Origin: the human T2T-CHM13v2.0 reference genome, Homo sapiens
Assembly: GCF_009914755.1 (NCBI RefSeq)
Contig: NC_060947.1
Length of the DNA: 64,000 nucleotides
Strand: one strand, 5' to 3'
The notes under the pieces are model-generated. The model did not search any database and had not been told where the DNA came from. It saw only the letters and a list, made by a program, of their open reading frames with translations. The translations under genes and the position numbers were made by a program. Shown in pieces: positions 1 to 12,955 of the stretch. Every line of letters begins with the position of its first letter. The first letter of the stretch is position 1.

Positions 1-1210
1 TTCCAGAATTTGGAGGCACTTTGAAATTGGTTCAATGTGTAGAAAAGTCTGGATAGTAAGGGATCTAAGCACTTTTTTTGTTTGTTTCTTGGCATTTCCA
101 GGATATCTTATTTTTAGAAAAGCCTGAGTGCTTGTGATACATGGCCACAGCACACTGGCCATGTCTCAGGTGACAAGGACCAGGAGTTTGTGTTCTATAA
201 CTACGCAATGCTGGCATCATTCTAGTGTGGAGAAGCCTCCTGGTTTGATTCATTATAGGATTTGTTTATTTCAAAAGTTAGGACTAGTGGGTGGGTGTGT
301 AGCTCAGGGCACACATGCTGCTCTCCCTTCTCTAAATTTCTGTATCAACATACCATGCAGTGAAAGAGCATTTGGTTGTCACCTGCCCTTTATTTTTCGT
401 TTCTGATTACTTCCTACAAGTGGGATGTCTTGGTCAAAATGTATGAGCAGTGTTAGGGTTAAATTTTATCATACATGTCTCTCCTTTACCCTAATTTAAT
501 ATTGTTAATATTTGGCACATATTTTCACACAGCCTAATTCTCTCTCTCTCTCTCCCCCCATTTTATTACTATTGTAAGTTGCATCAAGAAACTTTACCCC
601 TAAATTATTCTGCATGCATCACCTACAAATAATGACATTGTCCTACATAACTACATCAGCACTGTCACGCCCAAGAAAATGAACAATATTTCCATGATAC
701 TATCTAACTGGCTCATACCTTTCTTTTTTTTCCTCTCTTTTTTTAAAGCTGGGCTGCTTTCTCAGGGTTCATACATTTCTGTGCCACTTTTCCCCACACT
801 GTTTTTTCTACATGGATTGTGCCTCAGTGAGCTAGTATAGCTCACCAAACTCTTTACTTTTCTTAGGGTTCAAATTCCAATTCTACCTCTTCCATGAAAC
901 ATACATAGAAAACCCCAACTGTCTCGAATCTCTAGTGAAATCATGCTCCTGGAACACTAAATTATCTGTATTAGTCACTAATGTGGTACCTGTTCTCTAT
1001 TGTCAACTGCTTTATGTAAATATCTCTTGTCTCCCCAGTAATATTTTTTGTCTCCCAAACTTCAATTATTTACTTACCACTTTCACGATTTTTGCCACAT
1101 CCTTGCCATCAATATTATTTACATACTTTAAAATTATTTAAATAAATAAATAAATAAATCTATATTAGTTTTGTCCTAAGCTATCTGGAGAATTCTCGGT
1201 TTGATGTGAA

Positions 1211-1655
1211 GTATTACTTTCCTAGAATTGCTGAAACAAACTACCACAAACTAGGTGGGTTAAAACAAGAGAAATGTGTTCTCTCACTGTTCTGGAGGCC
1301 AGAAATCTGAAATCAAGTTATTGTCAGGGTCATGCTGCCTCTGAAGGCTTTAGTGAAGAAACTTTTCCTTGCCTCTTCCAGCTTCTGGTACATATAGGTA
1401 TTCTTTGGCTTGTAGCCCCATCACCCCACTGTCAGCCTGCATCTTCACATTACCTTCTCCTCTGTGGCTCTGTGCGTTATTCCTCTGTATGTCTCTTATA
1501 AGGACACTAGTCATTGAATTTAGGGCCCACCCAGATAATCCAGCAGGATCTCTTCAAGATCTTTAATTACATCTGCAAAGATACTTTTTCCAAAAAGACT
1601 CTGGGAATTGAGGTGTAGACGAGTGTTTTTGAGGGTCACCATTCAGCCCACTACA
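1211..1655 (-). mobile_element. MaLR solo LTR (MLT1B/C-like)
   Basis: Typical MLT1 motifs: accacaaactaggtgg-ttaaaacaa-agaaat...ttctggaggccagaa-tctgaaatcaag...attcagcccactaca. Confidence 0.8.
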
Positions 1656-3998
1656 ATGTGTTATATATATTTTCCAATGTACAGTACAATAGAGTAAGCA
1701 TAAATATTAAAATAAAATAACTTCATCCATGTATTACCCAAAAACAACCTTAGATTCTTTGAGAAACAAAAACTGATTTAGTATTTTTCACATTTTCTAT
1801 AGTTTTGTGCTAGGTACTAAGCAAATACCTAGTGAACAAATATATGCATACATATACATATGTACATACATTTGTACATTTATGATCTCATTTTGCCTGA
1901 TTGTGGCTACTACCATCCCAATCTCTTAAAATTGCCGGGTTTGTTAGATTAAGTCTAGGTTTCTAATAATACCCATCTCCATCCACCGCTCCATTTTCTA
2001 ATACCCAAACAGATAATGCTCTTATTGGAAAAAGAATTGAGTTTTAGAAGGTTAAACAGACTTTTTGACCTAAACATGAATGTGTACAATACATGTGTGC
2101 ATATGTATCCAGGCATAAAACTAATTGGTTTAACCCAGAGCAAAGCTGGAAGGTACCTGTTTACAAAAACAGGTTTCCTCTTTCTGTTTGGGAGGAGCCT
2201 AGGCTTTATCGTGTTTCTATAACATCCCTTCCTCTCCTTCCACCTACTGTGCTGTATATAGTATTTTGTTCTTCATTTCTAATCTTGCATTACCACTTTC
2301 AAGCTCCACATCAGAGCTGTTTCAAATACATGAAAAATGGAAACTTTGTAACAGTTGATTCCACTGATTCTCAGGGCCTCTCTACCTATCTTAATCAAAT
2401 GCTTAAATATTTGTGAAATTAACCAACTTTTCTCAGAGTTTATTTCTAGAATTGAGAGGGGTGTTTCCTAAGAACCGAAAGGGTCTCATCTTTAGTAATA
2501 TATGAATAAATAACTCTTTTTATATTTTTTTGTCCACTCAAATTGGCTTAAGGAAACCTGATAAGGATTCTGGGTATTTGAGGAGTAGCACTGTGGAAAT
2601 TAAAGCTTGTCTTCAAACCACCCCTAAGTTTCTTTGTTTTCTTTCATGCACAACCTTCTTCATAGATTCAGAAATCCGGAAATTCAGGATAAAGTCTTAA
2701 AATAGCAAATGGGGAAAGTAGCTATTCTCTTTGATAGTGATTGACTAGAGAACACTTAAAAACTGAAGCCATCACACCACACTAAAAATGAAGAAAGATT
2801 ACTTTAAAAGAAAAATCTGATGACAGAACAATCCTCAGATGAGTTTCAAAGCTGAAGTGATTATATTCAATGAAGCATGAAATAGGTAGCCATCCTGAGT
2901 CATCTTAGTGAGGATTCTTAAAATCACCAAAATTCTAGGGACAAAAACTCACTCAATCAAGACTTGAAGGTCTTCTTCAGAACCTTCAAGCATAATATGC
3001 TATCTATAAAGATAAGGTAAAGCAAATAGGGTGTTGGGGTTTTTTTTAACCATAGGGAGGGTTATATTCAAACTATGGAATAAGTTAGACTGTATAACAA
3101 TATTTTTATTAAAATTATTTTGATCATATTGAAAAAAGAATCCTCAGTGCACACAAACAAAACTTATTCACCCTGATAGTGTGTAGATATGGAATGCTTG
3201 TCTTTAAGCCACAAAGGAAGGAACAGTAAGGTCAACCTTGAGACCTACTTTTGAGAACAGTCTGTTTTCTTAAGAAAGCTTGCATTCAGAAGACAATATT
3301 TACACCCAGAAAATACTTGCTACAAGATAGATTCACTTAGACATAAGAGGCATACTTGGGAGTGATATGTACAGAAAAAAGTATGTGACACTATGCTTTG
3401 AGGAAGTTACTATTAAGATACTAAAACCCAAACAACTCCCCTTCCAACACTTCTCTCAAAGCCTTTTGATGGCAGGAGAGAAGTAATGATTGAAGCCCTG
3501 CTGCAGACAGGGTTTGGTTAAGAATTGGCAAACCACAAAATAGGTTTAGTCTATGAAAGGACAACTAATGATGGCCTGTTGGAGCAGGACCCTGTAACAC
3601 TGTATCTCATCAAGGCAATAAGAATAGGCTATCAGTTCTTCAGTTTCTTGACTTTCATCAATCAGTTTCCATTTTAGATGTTCCTACGTAATGTTTTTCA
3701 ATAAAATGCATACCTGCAGATCAAGTATCAGCTAAACACAAGGCCTTGAGCTAGTAACATTGTTGTAGGCAGCACTCATCTCACTGAAATGGCCTTTCTT
3801 TGGCAAAAGAGAGTAAAAGTTGCCAAAGTCGTGTTTATTTTATAGTTAGGATTCAAAGCTTCAGCTTTTTCAGGTTTCTTAGTCCAAAAAGTCCCTAAAA
3901 TTTAGCTAAATCTTTTCTTAATTTCAGTGGCAAGTTGTGTTTATTTATACACCTGCACCCACAACTATATTCTTACAGAAAATGATATTACAGTGAAT

Positions 3999-4264
3999 TA
4001 TTATTATTATTATTATTATTTTTGTGTGACAGAGTCTCATTCTGTTGCCCAGGCTGGAGGGCAGTGACAATCCTCCTGCCTCAACCTCCAGAGTAACTGG
4101 GACTACAGGTGCATGCTACCATACCTGGCTAATTTTTGCATTTTTAGTAGAGATGGGGTTTTACCATGTTGGCCAGGCTGGTCTCGAACTCCTGACCTCA
4201 AGTGATCCACCTGCCTTGGCCTCCCAAAGTGCTGGGATTACAGGCATGAGCCACCGCGCCCGCC
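3999..4264 (-). mobile_element. Alu (S-type, internal deletion)
   Basis: Antisense Alu with a (TTA)n tail and ...gagccaccgcgcccgcc end. Confidence 0.9.
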
Positions 4265-4841
4265 CTACACTGAACCTCTTCTTATGCTTTCTATTGTAAC
4301 TCTATTTCTCACTGTTATTGACAGCAATGATAGACTATGGAAAGAGATAACATTTTTTCTTTTGAAGATTCCTTGGATTCTATCTTTTTAATCTGGGAAT
4401 GGAGCTACTCAAGTGAAGAGTTATGTGGGAAATGTAGGAAAAATAAGAGCTTAAGTTGATTTGGGGGATTCTGAGAACAGGGGAGTTTTATGTTCAGCAG
4501 AGCCAATCTTGACAACTTCCTCTCCCTGTCAACAGGATTCTACTCCCCCCTTATCTGGATGGGTCAAATCCACCCATGAGGGATGGGTTACATTTGCAGT
4601 ATGTGAAACAGTGGGACAAATCACAGAAATCATGTCCTGGAGGAGCAGATTGAAGCAATGTTTGGACCACAAACAAGGGCTGAGTTGGGATAGGTGCTGG
4701 CAAATCAAGAAACCAAGAGTGTTGTAGCATAAAAGAAGGGAAAAGAAGATGGCAGTCTGGCCAAATTCTGGAGACAAAGCACGGATGGGTTTTTGGTGCC
4801 GTTACTCATTCCCAGCCTGCTCTGAGCATTGTTGTCATGTG

Positions 4842-4910
4842 TTTTTGACGCAGAGTCTTGCTCTGTCACCCAGACTGGAGTGCAGTGGTGTGATTATAGA
4901 TCACTGCAGC
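4842..4910 (-). mobile_element. Short Alu/FLAM fragment
   Basis: cagagtcttgctctgtcacccagactggagtgcagtgg...cactgcagc. Confidence 0.75.
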
Positions 4911-5584
4911 GCTCTGAGGGTTTTTAAAATAAAGTCAGAGCAAGAAGACACTGCCTCCCCTGCCACTTATTGCTCTCTGAATTCAGACCCTTATTATCTC
5001 TCACCTAAATTTTAAAAAATCATAAGCATAACATAATTATCACACCTTAAAATTAACTAATTCATTAATATTGTCCAATATCCAGTCAATACTCAAATAT
5101 TTTTACATGTCTCATCGAGATTTTTCCACTTGCTTTCTTTTGAATGTCTTTGAATCTAGTTTTATTCCTCTTTCAATCAATCTTCATTAAGAAGCTAGTT
5201 AAATCTCACAGAAATAGTTCTTCCCTTGTTACTCCTCTCTTCCAAACAATTATCTTCTATCACCCAACCTTTCATTGAACTCTACCTTTCCTCATCTTCC
5301 AAATATACAAAACTAAAAGTGGTTATGTTTTATATAAAGGATGTATTCCTTAACATTTTTCATAATTTAAAACTCCCATAATTCAAGTATCATGCTGATA
5401 GATAATGGAAGCTTGTTTGTTTACTGGCTAAAGAGGTGGTACCACCATCTCCAAAATCATCTTCAAGATCCAGAGTGTTGCTTGGCAGTGGCATACACAG
5501 TTCATTATATCCTTGACCTTTGAATTCATGGAATTCTTAGAAAGTTTTTAATTAGGTTGAGGCTTTATTTCATATATTACATAT

Positions 5585-5852
5585 AAATGATCATTTATTA
5601 GTTTTTTAAAAAAAGTATTAGTTTTTTATTAAAAACTATTAGTTTTTTAAACTAATAAATGTATTTATTAGTTTTTTAAACTAATGTATTTATTGTTTTT
5701 TTAAACTAATAAATGTATTTATTGGTTTTTTAAACTAATAAATGTATTTATTGGTTTTTTAAACTAATAAATTGGTTTTTTAAACTAATAAATTTATTTA
5801 TTAGTTTAAATCATTTATGATCATTTAGATCATTTATTAGTTTTTTTTAAAA
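5585..5852. repeat. AT-rich minisatellite (~29-30 bp unit) with an internally palindromic unit
   Basis: Repeated TTTATT(A/G)GTTTTTTAAACTAATAAATGTA. Confidence 0.85.
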
Positions 5853-6522
5853 ATCCCAGAATTAAAAAGTTGCAGAGTTCAATTTTGCATATAATACAAC
5901 TAACTGTATTGCAAGTTTATTTCATAGTTTATTCTATAATTATACTGTCTGTTGTTATGGCTCTATAGACAGGAATATCTTTCTTATCTCTTATCTGCCT
6001 AGAAAATTTCTATTAATTTTCTATGACTCAGCTGAAATATCACCTCCTCCTTGAAGCCTTCCCTTTCTAGTCAGAATGAGTCATTCCCTTTTGTTTTTCT
6101 AAAACGCCTTGCTTGTATGCCTGTTACATTATTTATTATGGTATGATTTATAAACTATTCACATTATTCTATCATTATATTTAATATGTTGGTATGTACT
6201 TATTGGCTGTACTTTATTGATGTGTGCTGCCACTGAGCTTATAGTAGATGCTCAGAAAGTGTTGACTTTAAATAATTTTGCAAGATTATTGTGAACGTTA
6301 AATGAAATAATTTTTAACAATTGCCGGATACAGTACCTGGTACTTACAGATAGTAAAGTTTCCCGTCTGTTTTTCTCTTTAGTTTACTCCTGCCTTATTT
6401 CTCCCAGCACCATGTATTCCTTCCATGTGAAATGAATAGAGATTTCTTTTTTACATTGCTTGCATGTCTCTTCAGGGTACTAACACTGACTTATGCATCT
6501 CTCATTTGTTTATTTATTTAAG

Positions 6523-7087
6523 GTCACTGCTTCTGTTCGGAACAGAGATCCCCCTGAGATAGAATACAGAAGTAATATGACTTCTCCAACACTCCTGGAT
6601 GCCAACCCCATGGAGAACCCAGCACTGTTTAATGACATCAAGATTGAGCCCCCAGAAGAACTTTTGGCTAGTGATTTCAGCCTGCCCCAAGTGGAACCAG
6701 TTGACCTCTCCTTTCACAAGCCCAAGGCTCCTCTCCAGCCTGCTAGCATGCTACAAGCTCCAATACGTCCCCCCAAGCCACAGTCTTCTCCCCAGACCCT
6801 TGTGGTGTCCACGTCAACATCTGACATGAGCACTTCAGCAAACATTCCTACTGTTCTGACCCCAGGCTCTGTCCTGACCTCCTCTCAGAGCACTGGTAGC
6901 CAGCAGATCTTACATGTCATTCACACTATCCCCTCAGTCAGTCTGCCAAATAAGATGGGTGGCCTGAAGACCATCCCAGTGGTAGTGCAGTCTCTGCCCA
7001 TGGTGTATACTACTTTGCCTGCAGATGGGGGCCCTGCAGCCATTACAGTCCCACTCATTGGAGGAGATGGTAAAAATGCTGGATCAG
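6523..7087 (+). CDS. KLF8: KLF8 internal coding exon (565 nt; N-terminal repression region)
   Basis: Acceptor tttattta-AG at 6521-6522 and donor G|GTAAGT at 7088. Encodes VTASVRNRDPPEIEY...IKIE (SUMO consensus)...PVDLS (CtBP motif)...GGDGKNAGS, matching the KLF3/8/12 subfamily and recalled KLF8. Confidence 0.97.
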
Positions 7088-8570
7088 GTAAGTAACAATA
7101 TTGCCTCTTTCCTGGCCTTACTGAATCTATTCCCTTTTAGAGTCATCCTATCTCCTGTCTCTTTTCACTTCCTCCAATTATTCTTGCACACTGCTTCAAG
7201 AGTAATCTTTCAAAAGTACTGTTTTTTATGTCTTTTTAATGCTTAAGAATGTACAATGAGTCTTGATTAGACCATGCTTCTCAAACAAGTACAAGTATGC
7301 ATATCTATCAGTGACATATCAAACAACTTCCTGGAACTTCCACATTATTTGATATTAAATAATTTAAGCATTTTATATTTAAAATATGATTATCTTGTAT
7401 TACAAAATGCAAAATTTAAAAACCTGTTAAGATAAACCACATGCTTCAAAAATAGTTGAAGCTTACTAAAGGCATCCACCCTCGGACTTTTCAGGAGAAT
7501 GTGTTTATTTTATGCCATTCAGAATGCTTTGGTGGGAAAGTTGAGAACAATATTTCTATCTCAAACATACTTAGCCAGTATTAGCTCCTGCCTCTACCAA
7601 TACTTTCCCTTTTCTCTTCCCTACAAAAGAAGTAATTGAAATATTGTCATCTTCCCTGTGTTCTTCCTCATTTGGCATCTATCACTTTCCATTTTACTTA
7701 TTTATTTGCCTGTATCACAAGAGTTTGGGCATTATTCACAACTGAATTGTAAATTCCTGAAAAATAATACTCTATCTTAATTTTTTTATGTATGCCTCCA
7801 GAGAACTTAACACAGTGCTAGTAGTTGTCTTGCAACAGATAATTTGATGAACAAACAAACTTGAAAATTTGTCCAAGAGAGAATTCAAATGCTATAATCT
7901 TCCATTTTATTTTATTTTTAAAATAAGTTCAGAATTCAGAAAGGTATAAATTAAGTCTCTCTTCCACCACTATCCCCCAACCACTAGTTTTCCTCCCAGA
8001 GGTATATCTGTTTTAGTTTGTAATCAGGAATGATCAAGGAAAATTATGTGGCCTCTAAAGCAGGCTGATAATGTTTTGCATAAATCGGAAAGGCCAAGGG
8101 GTGGAAATGACTAGGAAGCAGATTTCAGCTTACTGTAAAAGAGTATCTACCCTTGAAATTTGATGCCCTGTACTAAATGTAGGAGGCTGAAAAACAACAT
8201 ACTACTAAGCATCAAGTTGCTGAGACTCTGCACTGGTCTTCTGAATACAAATATTATTATTGACTAGTGGTTAATTGTGGTAATGATAAGTGTTCATAAT
8301 CTTATTTTGAGATGTGATATCCATTCCATATATGAAGGGAGAGCCAAACAAACAAACCAAAAAAAGGAAACAAACAAAAAAGGAAATAAAATTCCTCGTG
8401 TGACAGTTTATGCTGAGATAAAGGCAGTGGTAACATCAAAGGATGGTTTGAAGGAGCTTTGAATAGTCCCCATAATATCATCAGTCCATCAGAGCCACTC
8501 TAAATAAACAGGATAAATTTTAAATGTGCTCAATGTGGTTCCAAGCTAAGGGCATTGGCCCAATGGTGTC

Positions 8571-8920
8571 TGTATTAGTTCGTTTTCATGCTGCTGATAA
8601 AGACATACTTGAGACTGGGAAGAAAAAGAGGTTTAATTGGACTTACAGTTCCACATAGCTGGGGAGGCCTCAGAATCATGGTGGGAGGCAAAAGGCACTT
8701 CTTACATGGTGGCAGCAAGAGAAAAGGAAGAAAGAATAGCGGAAAGCCCTGATAAACCCATCAGATCTCATGAGACTTATTCACTATCATGAGAATAGCA
8801 GGGGAAAACTGGCCACCATGATTCAATTAACTCCTCCTGGGTCCCTCCCACAACATGTGGAAATTCTGAGAGATACAATTCAAGTTGAGATTTGGGTGGG
8901 GGCACAGCCAAACCACATCA
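8571..8920 (-). mobile_element. THE1-type MaLR solo LTR
   Basis: TG...CA ends, tgtattagttcgttttcatgctgctgataaagacatac, and a 5-bp TSD gtgtc/gtatc (8566-8570, 8921-8925). Confidence 0.88.
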
Positions 8921-9014
8921 GTATCCAAAATGGGGGGCTTACTAAACCTTAGGGGGCACATATAAAACAATTGGAGTGCAAGAAGAAAGTATCAAAATTT
9001 GTATTTTCTTACCC

Positions 9015-9862
9015 TTAAAAATTGACAGGTAATATTGTATGTTTTAATCATCTATAGCATGATGTTTTGAAGTACATATGCATTGTGGAATGGTTAAATC
9101 TAGCTAAATAATAAATGCATTACCTCATTATCATTTTTGTGGTGAGAGCACTTAATGTCCATTCTCTTTACAATTTTAATAAATAAAATGTATCATCATT
9201 AACTATACTTGCCTTGCTATACAATAGATCTCTTGAAATGTATTCCTCCTATCTAGCTATAATTACGTATCCTTTGACCAATATCTCCCCATCCCCCTCC
9301 CCACTAGCCACCCCAGCCTCTGGTAACTACCATTCTACTCTACTTGCATGAGATTAACTTTTTTAGATTCCACATATGAGTGAGATCATGCACTATTTGT
9401 CCTTCTGTGCCTGGCATATTTCACTTAACATAATGTCCTCCAGGTTCATCTATGCTCTCACAAATGGCAGGATTTTATTCTTTGTTATAACTGAATAATA
9501 TTATATTGTATATATATATATGTCACATTTCATTTATTCATTCATTTGTTGATAGATATTTTAGGTTGGTTCCACATCTTGGCTGTTGTGAATAATGCTG
9601 CACTAAACAGGGATGCAGTTATCTTTTGGGCATGTGATTTTATTTCCTTTGGATATATACCCAGAAGGGAGATTGCCAGATCATACGGTAGTTCTAATTT
9701 TAAGTTTTTGAGGAACCTCCATACTATTTTCCATAAAGGCTATAACTAGTTTACATTCCCATCAACAGTGTGTAAGTGTTCCCTTTTCTCCACATACTCA
9801 CCAGCACTTACTGTCTTTTGTCTTTTCGATAATAGTCACTCTAACTTAAGTGAGATGACATA
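9015..9862 (-). mobile_element. Old L1 3' end (L1MA-type)
   Basis: Antisense L1 3'UTR/ORF2-end motifs: tagattccacatatgagtgagatcatg, tttttgaggaacctccatact. Confidence 0.85.
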
Positions 9863-10349
9863 CTACTTTTTGTTTGTTTTCTTATAATGTATACAAAATT
9901 GTAGGATACCGATACATGTATATCACATACATGCACAAACATGCACACCTCAAGATACATGCTTAAAACTTTTTAGTGAATGATATGCAAAGTATAGAGA
10001 CAACTCTTTTAACCAAATACTTGTTCCCCACCTTATCACCACCCCCAAGTTTCTTCTCTATAGAAATTTTGAAGGTTTCACTGGATCTAGGAGACTGTTG
10101 ACCACCTGATTGAGTTTTTAGGAATTAGAAACATCAGGGGTTGATAATAAGGAATATTTGACAGCTTCTCCCAACATAGGTGGAAAGGAAGGTTGTATCA
10201 AGCACCTACTAGGTGGTAGGTATACGTTTCATCTCATTGACTTATTTCTGTTTAGGAGCACAAAGGCCAAGGTGGATGTTCTCACATCTGGACTAATCCT
10301 AGAATTTGATTTTAGGACAGCCAGGAGCTATTCAGTGAGTTCAATTCAA

Positions 10350-10368
10350 CACACACACACACACACAC
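10350..10368. repeat. (CA)n microsatellite
   Basis: Direct read. Confidence 0.9.
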
Positions 10369-10718
10369 GTTGAAACTAACTTTTCAGCTGACCCTGTCCT
10401 GGTAGCTGGAGATAGAAAGATGAATCATACCCAGACCACATCCTAGAGACACTCTCATTTGATACCACTCATAGTGGTATCAGAACTCTTCATACTACTC
10501 TTACTTTAAAGGCATTTCTGTTCCCTGCTATGCAAAAAAAAAAAATAAAATGTTATTCTCTTCCTTCCATGCAAATACACTTCTTTCATCTTGTTTTTTA
10601 TTTCTTTATTTTTCTGTCTTGCTGCCACTTCTTAAGGTGGGACAAACTGGGAATCCTGAAAATGATTAAAGAGGCACATACATCTTCAGCTCACACTGCT
10701 CCCTTTCTTTGCTTTTAG

Positions 10719-10830
10719 TGAAAGTTGACCCCACCTCCATGTCTCCACTGGAAATTCCAAGTGACAGTGAGGAGAGTACAATTGAGAGTGGATCCTCAGC
10801 CTTGCAGAGTCTGCAGGGACTACAGCAAGA
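10719..10830 (+). CDS. KLF8: KLF8 internal coding exon (112 nt; VKVDPTSMSPLEIPSDSEESTIESGSSALQSLQGLQQE)
   Basis: Polypyrimidine tract ccctttctttgcttttAG and donor GA|GTGAGT at 10831. Phase 1 in and phase 2 out join the flanking exons in frame. Confidence 0.95.
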
Positions 10831-10860
10831 GTGAGTACTTTTTGTCTTCAAGTCTGTCTT

Positions 10861-10885
10861 TGTGTATGTGTGTGTGTGTGTGTGT
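10861..10885. repeat. (TG)n microsatellite 30 nt downstream of the 10831 donor
   Basis: Direct read. Confidence 0.9.
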
Positions 10886-11518
10886 ACATTTGCACATATG
10901 TATAGGTGGAACTAATGATCAGACACAAGAGTAAGAATTTGAGGACAAGAAATATAGGGAGACTGCCTTTCCAGTGAAAGTATATGAGTTTGTGTGCACA
11001 CATGTGCATGTACATGCATGCTATAGTAGAGCTATGTTCTAACTGTAGATCATCAATTTTTCTTTTGAAAAATCTTCAAATTTCCCATAAAGTGTAGTTA
11101 TGTACTGTTTCTCTCTGTAAGTTTAAAACAGCTTTGTCTTTCAATATTGAAACTAATTGGAAGTAGTTGGCTTGTGTTTAGCAACAACTGTTGTATGAAA
11201 AACAAATTTCTTTAAGCAGGAAAATGAAACTTATTGAAGTGAAATGCTCACACTGTTTGGGAACACAACCACTGAAGGAAACACTACCACCTCCCATGCT
11301 TTCTCTGAGCACCTACTGAGGGACCTGTACCTACTGAGCAGAATGGCCTAGTTGACAGAATTGTTTTTACTATTCCAATTATTTCTTTTTGGGGGGACCT
11401 AGCATTAAATTCACGTAAATTAAAAGCCGATATGATGTGGCACCAATGAATGTAAATTCATTTTTTTAGCCTTCACTTTAAAGTCACTGTTTGGCTTTAT
11501 CTCTATTTCTTTGATCAG

Positions 11519-11658
11519 ACCAGCAGCAATGGCCCAAATGCAGGGAGAAGAGTCGCTTGACTTGAAGAGAAGACGGATTCACCAATGTGACTTTGCAGGA
11601 TGCAGCAAAGTGTACACCAAAAGCTCTCACCTGAAAGCTCACCGCAGAATCCATACAG
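11519..11658 (+). CDS. KLF8: KLF8 coding exon (140 nt; basic KRRR segment plus zinc finger 1)
   Basis: Acceptor tctttgatcAG; encodes [47 protein letters not shown]; donor CAG|GTCTGC at 11659. Confidence 0.97.
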
Positions 11659-11684
11659 GTCTGCCCACTCCCATCTCACCCCCA

Positions 11685-11745
<61 letters not shown>

Positions 11746-11795
11746 AGAGAGAGAGGGGCAGAGAGAGAGAGAGAAAATTTCTGAGAGACAGAGAA
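11685..11795. repeat. Compound (CA)n(GA)n microsatellite just downstream of the finger-1 exon
   Basis: Direct read; GA tract interrupted twice by ggggca. Confidence 0.95.
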
Positions 11796-12251
11796 TGAAG
11801 TCCTGAAACAAAGACTGATGCATTTATACTCATGGGCACAGGCTCCATTCATGGTTTTTATCCCTATTTCTTGTCCCTACTCTAAGGCAGATTTTATAAA
11901 ACTGGCCTAGGAAAACACTAAACTAAATCTGGTGTCTTAATAGTCATCATTCCCAGTGAGCCCTGTGGGTCTTTCTAATTGCGGAGTCAACACTTAAGCA
12001 AAGATTAAGGCATTACTCCCTTCCTTACTACCAGGGTCTCACAAGTTTTACTAAGCATGGAAAAGCACAAGAACAATTTAAACTATGTGAAATTAAAGCA
12101 GGTTGTAATCCACTAACCATTAACGTGTCTTTGTTCACATTAAAAAAAAAAGGTGCACATAAATAAATAAAGCAGACCTGGTAGTGATCCTGTCAAACCG
12201 AACAGCACATACCTGATCTGAAGAAGGAGAGCTGCCACTCAAATCCATGTA

Positions 12252-12596
12252 GTCAGCCATCAATATTCTTAGGTTCCACATCCGTGGATTCAACCAACCA
12301 CAAATCAAAAATATTTTTTAAACAACAAAAATAACAATACAACAATAAAAAAATACAAATTTTAAAATACAGTATAACAACTACTTACATAGCATTTACA
12401 TGGTATTAGGTAACGTAAGTACATCTAGAGATGACTTAAAATATAGGAGAGAATGTGTATAGATTATATGCAAATGCTATGTTATTTTATATCAGGGACT
12501 TAAGCATCCATGAATTTCGTTATCCACCCGATGGGTGGGGTTGGGAATGTAGGTGGCTCTGAAATCAATCCCCCATGGATACTGAGGGACGACTGT
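12252..12596 (-). mobile_element. MER2-like Tigger-family DNA transposon
   Basis: Right end reverse-complements to CAGTCGTCCCTCAGTATCCATGGGGGATTG followed by TA; left end has catccgtggattcaaccaacc. Confidence 0.8.
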
Positions 12597-12758
12597 ATTA
12601 GTAAATTTAATTGTTAAAGAAAAGCAAAAAAAAAAAATCCAGATTATTATGTGAAATGTCCTTGATTTTGAATGTTGGCTTCTAGTTCAAAAATTTTTTA
12701 TAACCCCAGGAATTCAAAGAAACCTGCCTAGAAGCCAGATGCAGCTTGTCATTTATCA

Positions 12759-12955
12759 ATGTGTGCCCTTTGCCTTGGAGACTCCTTCTCCATAGTGGTC
12801 TCCAAGCTCAGAATTGGGACTTAGACACCTTGGACAAGGAGGAAGCCCTCCTTTCTTGTAAACATCTGCTATGTTACCTTTGCTGTGTTAGAATTTGTGT
12901 AGAAGGACCCAGAGCCCTAGTTGTTTTGCCTAGAGGCTATGAACAGGTGAGTGAT
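12759..12955 (+). repeat. Non-transposon ~195 bp segment, copy 1 (donor of the local duplication)
   Basis: Near-identical to 15005-15198; the ORF track shows the same peptide LQAQNWDLDTLDKEEALL in both. Confidence 0.95.

Noticed and set aside
6493-7095. 200-aa ORF as a stand-alone gene
   Set aside because: It is a KLF8 internal exon plus intronic flanks; splice sites at 6522 and 7088 bound the real coding part.
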